Origin: Akkermansia muciniphila ATCC BAA-835
Lineage (GTDB): Bacteria; Verrucomicrobiota; Verrucomicrobiia; Verrucomicrobiales; Akkermansiaceae
Reading direction: 5' to 3'
Assembly: GCF_000020225.1 (NCBI RefSeq)
Contig: NC_010655.1
Location: 240,001 to 272,000, forward strand
Length of the DNA stretch: 32,000 nucleotides
A program made the translations under genes and the position numbers. The stretch's first letter is position 1; each line of letters opens with the position of its first letter. Shown here piece by piece: positions 15,650 to 23,934 of this stretch. The notes beneath the pieces are model-generated. The model worked only from the letters and a program-made list of their open reading frames with translations. It was not told the origin of the DNA and did not search any database.

Positions 15650-17146
15650 ATGAGTTACAAGGTACTGACACCAGAAGAAGCAGCAAGCCTGATCAAGCAT
15701 GGCCACCATATTGGGCTGAGCGGATTCACGCCCGCCGGAACGGCCAAGGCCGTTACGGCTGCACTGGCAAAAATCGCAGAAGCGGAACATGAGAAGGGGA
15801 ACCCTTTCCAGGTGAGCGTCTTCACCGGTGCTTCCACCGGCGATTCCTGCGACGGGATCCTTTCCCGGGCCAAGGCAATCCGCTACCGCGCTCCCTACAC
15901 CACCAACGTTGATTTCCGCAAGGCGGTGAACAACGGGGAAATCGCCTATAATGACATCCATTTGTCCCAGATGGCCCAGGAAGTGCGCTACGGGTTCATG
16001 GGCAACGTGGACATCGCCATTATTGAAGCCTGTGAAGTCACGGCCGACGGCAAAATTTACCTGACGGCCGCGGGCGGGATCGCTCCCACCATCTGCCGCC
16101 TGGCAGACAAAATTATCGTGGAATTAAACGCCGCCCACAGCAAGAGCGCCATGGGCCTGCACGACGTTTACGAACCCCTGGATCCTCCCTACCGCCGCGA
16201 AATTTCCATCTTCAAACCCAGCGACCGCATCGGCAAGCCGTACATCCAGGTTGACCCGAAAAAGATTGTGGGCGTTGTGGAAACCAACTGGCCGGATGAA
16301 GCCCGTTCCTTCGCCGCAGCGGATCCCCTGACCGATAAAATCGGGCAGAACGTGGCCGATTTCCTGGCTGCCGACATGAAACGGGGCATCATTCCCTCCA
16401 CGTTCCTGCCTCTCCAGTCCGGCGTAGGCAACATCGCAAACGCGGTGCTGGGCGCCCTGGGCCGCGACAAGACGATTCCCGCGTTCGAGATGTACACGGA
16501 AGTCATCCAGAATTCCGTCATCGGCCTGATTCGGGAAGGCCGCGTGAAATTCGGCAGCGCCTGCTCCCTGACCGTGACGAACAACTGCCTGGAAGGCATT
16601 TACAGGGATATGGACTTTTTCCGCGACAAACTGGTGCTCCGTCCCTCGGAAATATCCAACAGCCCGGAAGTTATCCGCCGTCTCGGCGTCATCTCCATCA
16701 ACACCGCCATTGAAGCCGACATTTACGGGAACGTCAACTCCACGCACATTGGCGGCACGAAGATGATGAACGGCATCGGCGGGTCCGGCGACTTCACGCG
16801 CAACGCCTACATCTCCATTTTCACCTGCCCGTCCGTTGCCAAGGACGGTAAGATCAGCGCCATCGTCCCCATGGTTTCCCACCATGACCATACGGAACAT
16901 GACGTCAATATCATTATTACCGAGCAGGGGGTCGCGGACCTGCGCGGCAAGAGCCCGAAAGAACGGGCCCAGACCATTATTGAAAACTGCGTCCACCCGG
17001 ATTACAAAAACATCCTCTGGGATTACCTGAAGCTGTCCGACGGCAAAGCCCAGACACCGCAATCCATCAGGGCCGCTTTGGGCATGCACGCCGAACTGGC
17101 CAGAAGCGGAGACATGAAGAATGTCGACTGGGCCCAGTATAAGTAA
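15650..17146 (+). CDS. Acetyl-CoA hydrolase/transferase family CoA-transferase (succinyl-CoA:acetate/propionate type)
   Basis: 498 aa, colinear by eye with AarC-type succinyl-CoA:acetate CoA-transferase as I recall it. Shared blocks are LIKHG...SGFT, LQSGVGNIANAV, EADIYGNVNST, MMNGIGGSGDF, ISAIVPM, TEQGVADLRG and HPDY. Confidence 0.88.
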   Translation: MSYKVLTPEEAASLIKHGHHIGLSGFTPAGTAKAVTAALAKIAEAEHEKGNPFQVSVFTGASTGDSCDGILSRAKAIRYRAPYTTNVDFRKAVNNGEIAYNDIHLSQMAQEVRYGFMGNVDIAIIEACEVTADGKIYLTAAGGIAPTICRLADKIIVELNAAHSKSAMGLHDVYEPLDPPYRREISIFKPSDRIGKPYIQVDPKKIVGVVETNWPDEARSFAAADPLTDKIGQNVADFLAADMKRGIIPSTFLPLQSGVGNIANAVLGALGRDKTIPAFEMYTEVIQNSVIGLIREGRVKFGSACSLTVTNNCLEGIYRDMDFFRDKLVLRPSEISNSPEVIRRLGVISINTAIEADIYGNVNSTHIGGTKMMNGIGGSGDFTRNAYISIFTCPSVAKDGKISAIVPMVSHHDHTEHDVNIIITEQGVADLRGKSPKERAQTIIENCVHPDYKNILWDYLKLSDGKAQTPQSIRAALGMHAELARSGDMKNVDWAQYK

Positions 17147-17198
17147 TTCCGCATGCCGTCATCCGCATTGGCATCCATGAATTCACGTTAACCCCTCA

Positions 17199-17236
17199 GG
17201 ACCGCTTCCGCAAAGGGAGCGGTCCTTTTCCTTTTT
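17199..17236 (+). terminator. Rho-independent terminator ending the propionate cluster
   Basis: An 11-bp stem pairs GGACCGCTTCC with GGGAGCGGTCC (one G.U pair) around a gcaaa loop. It is followed by TTTTCCTTTTT and lies 52 nt after the CoA-transferase stop. Confidence 0.8.
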
Positions 17237-17264
17237 CCCATCCCCTCTACTCCTTCTCTTCACC

Positions 17265-17966
17265 ATGAACTGGATGATTTACCCGGCAGCCAGGGCTTTC
17301 ATCAAAGTCTGCGCCGTTCTTTTCGGCGCGGGCGCAGCAGCGGCAGTCCTCATCCATCTGTTCATGCCTTTTTTCCTCCGCTCTCCCCGGACAGCCGCAC
17401 CCTTCCTGCTTTTGGGCACAGGGGCGGAATTGCTCTCCATCCTTTCCCTGTCCTTCCTCATGTTCTGGGGCGCCAGAGTCCTGCTGGCCTCCCGCGGAAG
17501 CAGAATAACAAGAAATCTGAGCATGCTGGCCTTCCTGCCCGCCCTGTACGCCCTCCTCATTCCGTTTGCGGGCATGCCCGTCCCATCGCAATATACGGAA
17601 ATGGACAGGGTTTGGGAGGCCGTCCTCCTTCTGGCGGCCGTCATTTCTTTCTTTTCCTTCCCTTATACGGCGGGATACGAAGCCGCAGGCAGGAGATTAT
17701 TCCTGGCCTGGGGCATCGCGGCGGCAGGCTGCGGTTTGCAGAGCGCCCTGTTTTTTCTTGCCATCCTGTTGCGTCAGTTCCTGTCCACCGCAGTTCCCTC
17801 CCTGGCAGTGCCTGTTGCATGGCTGGCCGTTCTTCTGTCCTGCGGCCTGGAAATCATGCTGGCGGCCCTTTCCGCTATTCTGGCGCAGCGCCTGTTTAAA
17901 GAGGTCATGTCCATAGCATCCATGCCGGAACCGATTGATCCTTCCATGCCGGGCAACCGTCCCTGA
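17265..17966 (+). CDS. Hypothetical polytopic membrane protein
   Basis: 233-aa ORF with about six hydrophobic spans and no motif I recognise. Coding status rests on ORF length, TM periodicity and filling of an otherwise empty gap. Confidence 0.55.
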   Translation: MNWMIYPAARAFIKVCAVLFGAGAAAAVLIHLFMPFFLRSPRTAAPFLLLGTGAELLSILSLSFLMFWGARVLLASRGSRITRNLSMLAFLPALYALLIPFAGMPVPSQYTEMDRVWEAVLLLAAVISFFSFPYTAGYEAAGRRLFLAWGIAAAGCGLQSALFFLAILLRQFLSTAVPSLAVPVAWLAVLLSCGLEIMLAALSAILAQRLFKEVMSIASMPEPIDPSMPGNRP

Positions 17967-18183
17967 CTTTCCTCCCCTCCGTTTTTACCGGTCTGCCGGA
18001 AAGCACCCTCATTCCCCGGCATGAAAGGCTTTTACGGCTTTGCGCAAAAAGCCGTCCGGAAATTTCCGCCGGTGGAACGGAATCCGTATGGAAAGCATTG
18101 CCGGAAAGCAACCCGCCCCACCCCCGGAAAGTCGCGGAGTCGCAGGGACACCCCTCCCGTTTCCCTGCCGGCGGCATACAGCC

Positions 18184-19047
18184 CTATTTCACCAATTCAT
18201 CCAGATAACGGCCATAACCGTTATTATTCATGGCTCCGGCCTGGGAGCGCAGCGTTTCCTGGGAAATCCAGCCGTTATTAAAGGCTATCTCCTCCAGGCA
18301 GGCTACCTTGAACCCCTGGTGATGCTCCAGAGTACGAACGAACATGGAAGCCTCCAGAAGGGTATCGTGCGTGCCCGTATCCAGCCACGTATAGCCGCGC
18401 GCCAGTTTTTCCACGCGCAACAGGCCCTGCTTCAGGTATTCCTGATTCACAGAGGTGATTTCCAACTCGCCGCGGGAAGACTTGGGAATCCGTTTGGCTA
18501 TCTCCACCACCCGGTTGTCGTAAAAATAGAGGCCCGTCACCGCAATATCCGATTTGGGCCTGAGCGGTTTTTCCTCAATGGAAACCGCCTTCCCCTCCTC
18601 ATTGAATTCCACTACCCCGAAACGCTGCGGGTCATGCACCTGGTAACCGAAAATGGTCGCTCCGCTCGTCAGTTCGGCGGCCCTCCTCAGCTTCTCCGTC
18701 AGGCCGCGCCCGTAAAAAATATTGTCCCCCAGCACCAGGGCAACGGAATCCTTTCCTATGAACTCCTCTCCAATAATAAAGGCCTGAGCCAGCCCCTCCG
18801 GCCTGGGTTGTTCCCTGTATTCAAAGGAAACGCCGAACCTGCTGCCGTCCCCCAGCAAATCCCGGTACAGGGGCAGATCCCGGGGCGTGGAAATAACAAG
18901 GATTTCCCGTATTCCGGCCAGCATCAGCACGGAGATGGGATAATAAACCATCGGCTTATCGTAAACGGGCAGCAATTGCTTGCTGACGGAAAGCGTAACG
19001 GGATGCAGACGCGTGCCGCTTCCCCCGGCCAGAACAATACCCTTCAT
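18184..19047 (-). CDS. rfbA: Glucose-1-phosphate thymidylyltransferase
   Basis: 287 aa. It matches [40 protein letters not shown] and WLDTGT. Confidence 0.95.
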   Translation of the reverse strand: MKGIVLAGGSGTRLHPVTLSVSKQLLPVYDKPMVYYPISVLMLAGIREILVISTPRDLPLYRDLLGDGSRFGVSFEYREQPRPEGLAQAFIIGEEFIGKDSVALVLGDNIFYGRGLTEKLRRAAELTSGATIFGYQVHDPQRFGVVEFNEEGKAVSIEEKPLRPKSDIAVTGLYFYDNRVVEIAKRIPKSSRGELEITSVNQEYLKQGLLRVEKLARGYTWLDTGTHDTLLEASMFVRTLEHHQGFKVACLEEIAFNNGWISQETLRSQAGAMNNNGYGRYLDELVK

Positions 19048-19056
19048 ATCAAATTC

Positions 19057-20109
19057 CTAGCCATTGGTTCCAAGACGTTCCAGGCGGTATTCCCCGGACA
19101 GGATGCCCCGCCACCATTCCTCATGGTCCAGATACCACTGAATGGTCTTTCTGAATCCGGAAGAATGGTCCTGGCGCGGAGTCCACCCCAATTCCCTCCG
19201 TATTTTGGAAGCGTCAATCGCATAGCGCAGGTCATGGCCCGGCCTGTCCTGCACAAAGGAGATTTGCTCCCGGTAGCTCCGGCCGTCCGGACGGGGCCGC
19301 AGTTCATCCAGATGGGAACACAGCAGCTCCACCAGCTCCAGATTGGTTTTCTCGTTATTGCCGCCGATGTTGTACGTTTCCCCCGGTTTTCCGCAGGAAA
19401 CGACCGTCAACAGCGCCTCGCAGTGATCCCCCACATACAGCCAGTCCCGCACGTTTTCCCCTTTGCCGTATACAGGAATGGGTTCCCCGCCCAGCGCTTT
19501 CAGGATAACGACGGGTATCAGCTTTTCCGGGAACTGGTAGGGGCCGTAATTGTTGGAACAGTTGGTGATCAGCACGGGCAGCCCGTACGTATCGTGCCAG
19601 GCGCGCACCAGGTGGTCGCTGGAGGCCTTGCTGGCGGAATACGGGGAATGGGGGCGATACGGCGTGGACTCCGTGAACAGGCCTTCCTTTCCCAGGGAGC
19701 CGTACACTTCATCCGTGGAAATGTGATGAAAGCGGAAACGCTCCTTTTTCTCTCCCTCCAGGGAACGGTAATATTCCAGGGCGGCCTGAAGCATGGAAAA
19801 AGTGCCCATGACGTTGGTGGTCATAAAATTTCCCGGATCGTCAATGGAACGGTCCACATGGGATTCCGCCGCCAGGTGCATCACCCAGTCCGGAGCGTAC
19901 TCCCGCAAAGTGCGCCGCATCAGGGAAGCGTCCCGGACGTCGGCGTGCAGAAAGCGGTATGCCGGAGAATCCGCCGAGCCGTCCAGTGAATGGATGTTGC
20001 CGGCATAGGTCAGGGCGTCAATATTCAAGACTTCATGGCCGCGCTCCAGCAGCAGCCTGACCAGATTGGAGCCGATGAATCCGGCGCCGCCCGTAACGAT
20101 AACTTTCAT
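19057..20109 (-). CDS. rfbB: dTDP-glucose 4,6-dehydratase
   Basis: 350 aa. It has the Rossmann motif [15 protein letters not shown], the catalytic [10 protein letters not shown] (Y-x3-K) and [19 protein letters not shown]. Confidence 0.95.
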   Translation of the reverse strand: MKVIVTGGAGFIGSNLVRLLLERGHEVLNIDALTYAGNIHSLDGSADSPAYRFLHADVRDASLMRRTLREYAPDWVMHLAAESHVDRSIDDPGNFMTTNVMGTFSMLQAALEYYRSLEGEKKERFRFHHISTDEVYGSLGKEGLFTESTPYRPHSPYSASKASSDHLVRAWHDTYGLPVLITNCSNNYGPYQFPEKLIPVVILKALGGEPIPVYGKGENVRDWLYVGDHCEALLTVVSCGKPGETYNIGGNNEKTNLELVELLCSHLDELRPRPDGRSYREQISFVQDRPGHDLRYAIDASKIRRELGWTPRQDHSSGFRKTIQWYLDHEEWWRGILSGEYRLERLGTNG

Positions 20110-20161
20110 AGCACTGTTTTCAGGGAAAGATGCGGCGCCATCATACAGCAGCGGCGTTTTT

Positions 20162-20209
20162 TTTCAAAACAAATCCGCCCATGCCGCGGGAACGTGGCGG
20201 CATGGGCGG
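20162..20209 (-). terminator. Rho-independent terminator of pfkA
   Basis: A perfect 13-bp stem pairs CCGCCCATGCCGC with GCGGCATGGGCGG (20175-20209) around a 9-nt loop, 32 nt after the pfkA stop. On the - strand it is followed by ATTTGTTTTG. Confidence 0.75.
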
Positions 20210-20240
20210 GAAAAAGCGGGTTCCGTAACCGCTGAGACGG

Positions 20241-21203
20241 CTAGCAGCTCAGCTCCCGGCAAAGGTTGATGATATCCTGGTTCACGGAGTACTGCTGCCC
20301 GGCTACGGAATCCAGGGAGGCATAGCCGTACTGGCCGTCATGATACACCATGATCTGGTTGATGTCCCCGTTGTTCAGAGCTTCCACGGCGCGGGTGGCA
20401 AAACGGGTGCCCATCAGGCGGTCACGGGCGGTGGGGGAACCGCCGCGCTGCACATGGCCCAGCACGGTCAGGCGGGTATCCATGCCGGCGCGTTCCGTCA
20501 GCCAGCGGGTCAGGTACTGCGCCACGCGGGTGCCTTCCGCCACCACGGCAATGATGCAGCTTCCTTCCTCATTGATGACAGGCTGGAGTCGCTTGTAAAT
20601 GGATTCCAGGTCATACGGAATTTCAGGGACAATGCAGATATCCGCCGCGCTGCAAAGAGCGGTGGTCATCGCCAGATAGCCGCAGTCCCGGCCCATCGTT
20701 TCAATCACGAAAGCGCGGTGATGGGAACGGGCCGTATCACGAACGGAATCAATGCAATCCAGAATCACGTTCTGGGCCGTATCCACGCCCAGGCAGTAGT
20801 CCGTGCCGGCAATGTCGTTGTCAATCGTGGCCGGAATACCGGCAAAAGGCACTTCAAAATCATTGAAAAAGTCGTTCAGGGCGCGGAAGGAACCGTCCCC
20901 GCCCATGATGATGAGCTTGTCGATGTTGCGTTTCTTCAGATGTTCGTAGGCCTGCTTGCGGAATTCGTAGTCGAAAAAGCGCTTGGATCGTGAGGAACGG
21001 AGGAGAGTTCCGCCCCTGTAGATCATATCGTTGGTCAGTTCCCGGGTGGCTTCCTTGATTTTTCCATCGATCAGCCCTTCCAAGCCGTCATAAACAACGT
21101 ACGGGTTCATCCCAAGCTGGCGGGCATGATCCACTGCCGCCTTGATCGCCGGGTTCATTCCGGCGGCATCGCCGCCAGATGTCATAATGGCTATTCCACT
21201 CAT
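20241..21203 (-). CDS. pfkA: ATP-dependent 6-phosphofructokinase
   Basis: 320 aa. It has IAIMTSGGDAAGMN, MGGDGS (the Gly form associated with ATP rather than PPi dependence), PATIDNDI and ETMGRDCG. Confidence 0.93.
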   Translation of the reverse strand: MSGIAIMTSGGDAAGMNPAIKAAVDHARQLGMNPYVVYDGLEGLIDGKIKEATRELTNDMIYRGGTLLRSSRSKRFFDYEFRKQAYEHLKKRNIDKLIIMGGDGSFRALNDFFNDFEVPFAGIPATIDNDIAGTDYCLGVDTAQNVILDCIDSVRDTARSHHRAFVIETMGRDCGYLAMTTALCSAADICIVPEIPYDLESIYKRLQPVINEEGSCIIAVVAEGTRVAQYLTRWLTERAGMDTRLTVLGHVQRGGSPTARDRLMGTRFATRAVEALNNGDINQIMVYHDGQYGYASLDSVAGQQYSVNQDIINLCRELSC

Positions 21204-21313
21204 AAGTAATAAGGTTAACTTGTCCGGGGGGAAATGTTACCGGGCGGAACAAATAATGCAAGCGCGGAGTTTTTACTGGCGCAATAAACGGCAACGCTTC
21301 ATGATGCGGAGGC

Positions 21314-22045
21314 ATGAACGACACTGCAGCAGCCATTCTGAAAGCCACGGCCGCCCTCCGGGACGGCACGGAGAAGCTCCGGTTCGAATCCCCGGTCCAT
21401 GTTACCTACAACCCTCTCACCTATGCATGGGGGCCGCATGAACAGTATGTGCGCACCTACGGAAACGGGGAAAAGGGCCATCTGTTCCTGGGCATGAATC
21501 CCGGCCCCTTCGGCATGGCCCAGACAGGCGTCCCCTTCGGGGAAGTGGACGCCGTCGTCAACTGGCTGCACATTCGCGGAGAAGTCGGGCGGCCGGAACA
21601 TACCCACCCCAAACGTCCCGTGGAGGGTTTCGGCTGCCCCAGGTCGGAAGTCAGCGGCCGCCGCCTCTGGGGACTTTTCGCGGAAGCTTTCGGAACTGCG
21701 GAAAACTTCTTCCGTCACAATTACGTGGCCAATTACTGTCCGCTGATCTGGATGGGAGCCACCGGAGCCAACATTACGCCGGACAAACTGCCGGCGGAAC
21801 AGCGCGCCGCCGTGGACGCAGTATGCATGGAACACCTGCTTTCCCTCATCACCATCCTGAATCCCCACACGCTGGTGGGTGTGGGTGCCTACGCCACGCA
21901 GAAGCTGCGGGACGCCGCCTCCCGGCTCCCCGGCAAAAGCTTCACCATCGGCACGTTGCTCCACCCAAGCCCCGCCAGCCCCATCGCCAACAAGCTCTGG
22001 CCGGAACGCCCCATCCAGCAGCTTAAGGAACTGGGCATTTTATAA
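21314..22045 (+). CDS. SMUG1-type (family 3) uracil-DNA glycosylase
   Basis: 243 aa. Long runs match the vertebrate SMUG1 sequence as I recall it: YNPL.YAW.PH, GMNPGPFGMAQTGVPFGEV, HPKRPV, SEVSG and LLHPSP. Confidence 0.85.
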   Translation: MNDTAAAILKATAALRDGTEKLRFESPVHVTYNPLTYAWGPHEQYVRTYGNGEKGHLFLGMNPGPFGMAQTGVPFGEVDAVVNWLHIRGEVGRPEHTHPKRPVEGFGCPRSEVSGRRLWGLFAEAFGTAENFFRHNYVANYCPLIWMGATGANITPDKLPAEQRAAVDAVCMEHLLSLITILNPHTLVGVGAYATQKLRDAASRLPGKSFTIGTLLHPSPASPIANKLWPERPIQQLKELGIL

Positions 22046-22413
22046 AAAGAGCGGAGGAGGTAGAGTGGAAAGCTCCGTGACATGGAAGGAATCACCAGAG
22101 CGACAGGCCGGAAATCGGCAGTTCATCTTGTTCTCCTCCAAATCTACATCGTTTTGAAGGAATATCCGGCCCCCTTTACTGGCTTGATTTGCCCAGGGAC
22201 ACGGCCTTCCTGACGGAAGAAAAGCACGCCGGCATCTACCGGGACGGAGAAGAACTTAAACGCCTCCCCACTTCCACCACAAAAATCAGCCTCCCTCCAA
22301 ATCAATCATCATTCTTAGACTGAAAACCCTCCGCTCTCCCCCGCAGGCCTTTTTACTGGACAGGGGGAAAAGGGTTCCGTACAGTTTCCGCGATCTTCAA
22401 GCGTTCCGAATTT

Positions 22414-23880
22414 ATGGCAATTTCAGATTACATCGTGACCATTGGCCTGGAAGTCCACTGCCAGATCAAGACAAAGAGCAAAATGTTCTGCTCCTGCGAG
22501 ACCGGCTTTGGCTTTGAACCCAATACGCGCGTGTGCCCCACCTGCCTGGGGCTGCCGGGCGCCCTGCCCGTCCTGAATGAGTTCGCCATTGAACGCACGC
22601 TGCTGACCGGCCTGATGCTGGGATGCTCCAGCCCGGAGATTTCCCAATGGGACCGCAAAAATTATTTCTATCCGGACATGGCTAAAAATTACCAGACCTC
22701 CCAGCTGGATCTTCCGCTGTGCCTGGGAGGGGAAGTGCCCCTGTACCCCTGGTCCTATCCGAATGACGTGATCAAAGCCGGCATCCCCCCTTTCCGCACC
22801 GTGAAGCTGACCCGCATCCATCTGGAAGAAGACGCGGCGAAGATTACCCATCATGCCAATTATTCCCTGATCGACTACAACCGCGCGGGATCCGCCCTGA
22901 TGGAAATCGTTTCCGAACCGGACATCGACACCCCGGAAGAAGCCTACGCCTACCTCAAGTCCCTCCAGCAGATTTTGAATTACGGGGATATCTCCGACGC
23001 GGACATGGAAAAGGGCCAGATGCGGTGCGATGTGAATATTTCCCTGCGTCCCCACGGGCAGAAGGAATTGGGCGCCAAGGTGGAAATGAAGAACATCAAC
23101 TCCATGTCCGCCGTCCGCAGAGCCCTTCATTATGAAATCCAGCGCCAGGCGGAAGAACTGGACATGGGCATTCCTCAAATCCAGTCCACCCGCCGCTGGG
23201 ACGACGAACGCGGAGAAAGCGTCGTCATGCGAACCAAGGAAGACGCGCACGATTACCGTTATTTCCCCTGTCCGGATCTGGTTCCCGTACGCACGGCCCC
23301 GCTGGTGGAGAAAGTGCGCGGGCAGATTCCCGAACTGCCTCAGGAACGGCAGAAACGCTTCATGGAAGAATACGGCCTGAGCGAGTACGACGCCAACGTG
23401 CTGGTGGGAGACCTGGAACTGGCACGCTTTTTTGAAGAGGCGGCGCGGGGAACCGCCAGCGGCAAAAAAATCGCCAACTGGGTGATTAACAACATTTCCG
23501 CCGTGCTGAATGAAAAAGGCATGCGCCCGTCTGAATGCCCGGTGAAACCCGGCGCCATCCGGGAGCTGATCGCCATTATTGACGACGGCACCGTTTCCAA
23601 CAACCAGGCCAAGGACGTATTCGCCAAAATGTGGGATGAGCCGGCCCTCGCCGCAGCGCAGGCCGCCAAGCTGCTGGGCTTTGAAAAGGCGGATTCCTCT
23701 TTTCTGGACGGCATCGTGCGGGAAGTCATTTCCGCCAATCCGGACAAGGTGGCGGAAATACAGGGGGGCAATGAAAAGCTCCTGAACTGGCTTACCGGCC
23801 AGGTCATGAAGGCCGCCAAAGGCAAAGCCAACCCGAAAATCGTGACGGAAGCGCTGAAAAAAGCCCTTTTCATGGAGTGA
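22414..23880 (+). CDS. gatB: Aspartyl/glutamyl-tRNA(Asn/Gln) amidotransferase subunit B
   Basis: 488 aa. It matches the GatB N-terminus (IGLEVHCQIKTKSKMFCSC), then LPGALPVLN, RIHLEEDAAK, RCDVNISLRP and the C-terminal YqeY-like tail. Confidence 0.95.
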   Translation: MAISDYIVTIGLEVHCQIKTKSKMFCSCETGFGFEPNTRVCPTCLGLPGALPVLNEFAIERTLLTGLMLGCSSPEISQWDRKNYFYPDMAKNYQTSQLDLPLCLGGEVPLYPWSYPNDVIKAGIPPFRTVKLTRIHLEEDAAKITHHANYSLIDYNRAGSALMEIVSEPDIDTPEEAYAYLKSLQQILNYGDISDADMEKGQMRCDVNISLRPHGQKELGAKVEMKNINSMSAVRRALHYEIQRQAEELDMGIPQIQSTRRWDDERGESVVMRTKEDAHDYRYFPCPDLVPVRTAPLVEKVRGQIPELPQERQKRFMEEYGLSEYDANVLVGDLELARFFEEAARGTASGKKIANWVINNISAVLNEKGMRPSECPVKPGAIRELIAIIDDGTVSNNQAKDVFAKMWDEPALAAAQAAKLLGFEKADSSFLDGIVREVISANPDKVAEIQGGNEKLLNWLTGQVMKAAKGKANPKIVTEALKKALFME

Positions 23881-23934
23881 CCATAAACAAAGAGCCGCTT
23901 CCCTTGCCGATGCCGGCTCCTTGCCCGCAGGGCA

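Noticed and set aside
18034-18055. Hairpin pairing ACGGCTTT with AAAGCCGT around a gcgcaa loop, between the hypothetical membrane protein gene and rfbA
   Set aside because: An 8-bp stem is present, but no T-tract follows on either strand, so it is not called as a terminator.
18040-19989. 649-aa ORF on the + strand spanning the antisense of both rfbA and rfbB and their junction
   Set aside because: Its length and its crossing of a gene boundary are striking, but rfbA and rfbB are unambiguous on the - strand. The + strand product is Gln/Pro/Gly/Arg-rich with no domain signature. Codon bias that avoids the complements of stop codons explains it.
21381-21393. tRNA T-arm-like sequence GGTTCGAATCCCC
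   Set aside because: It lies inside the SMUG1 coding frame (RFESPV). The flanks give only a 4-bp stem with a 9-nt loop, and no acceptor, D or anticodon arms can be drawn.
22081-22323. 81-codon open frame with protein-like composition (..GPLYWLDLPRDTAFLTEEKHAGIYRDGEELKRL..) in the 368-bp spacer upstream of gatB
   Set aside because: It has no ATG or GTG start, only an internal TTG. It could be a decayed gene remnant or chance, and I cannot support a feature call from the sequence alone.
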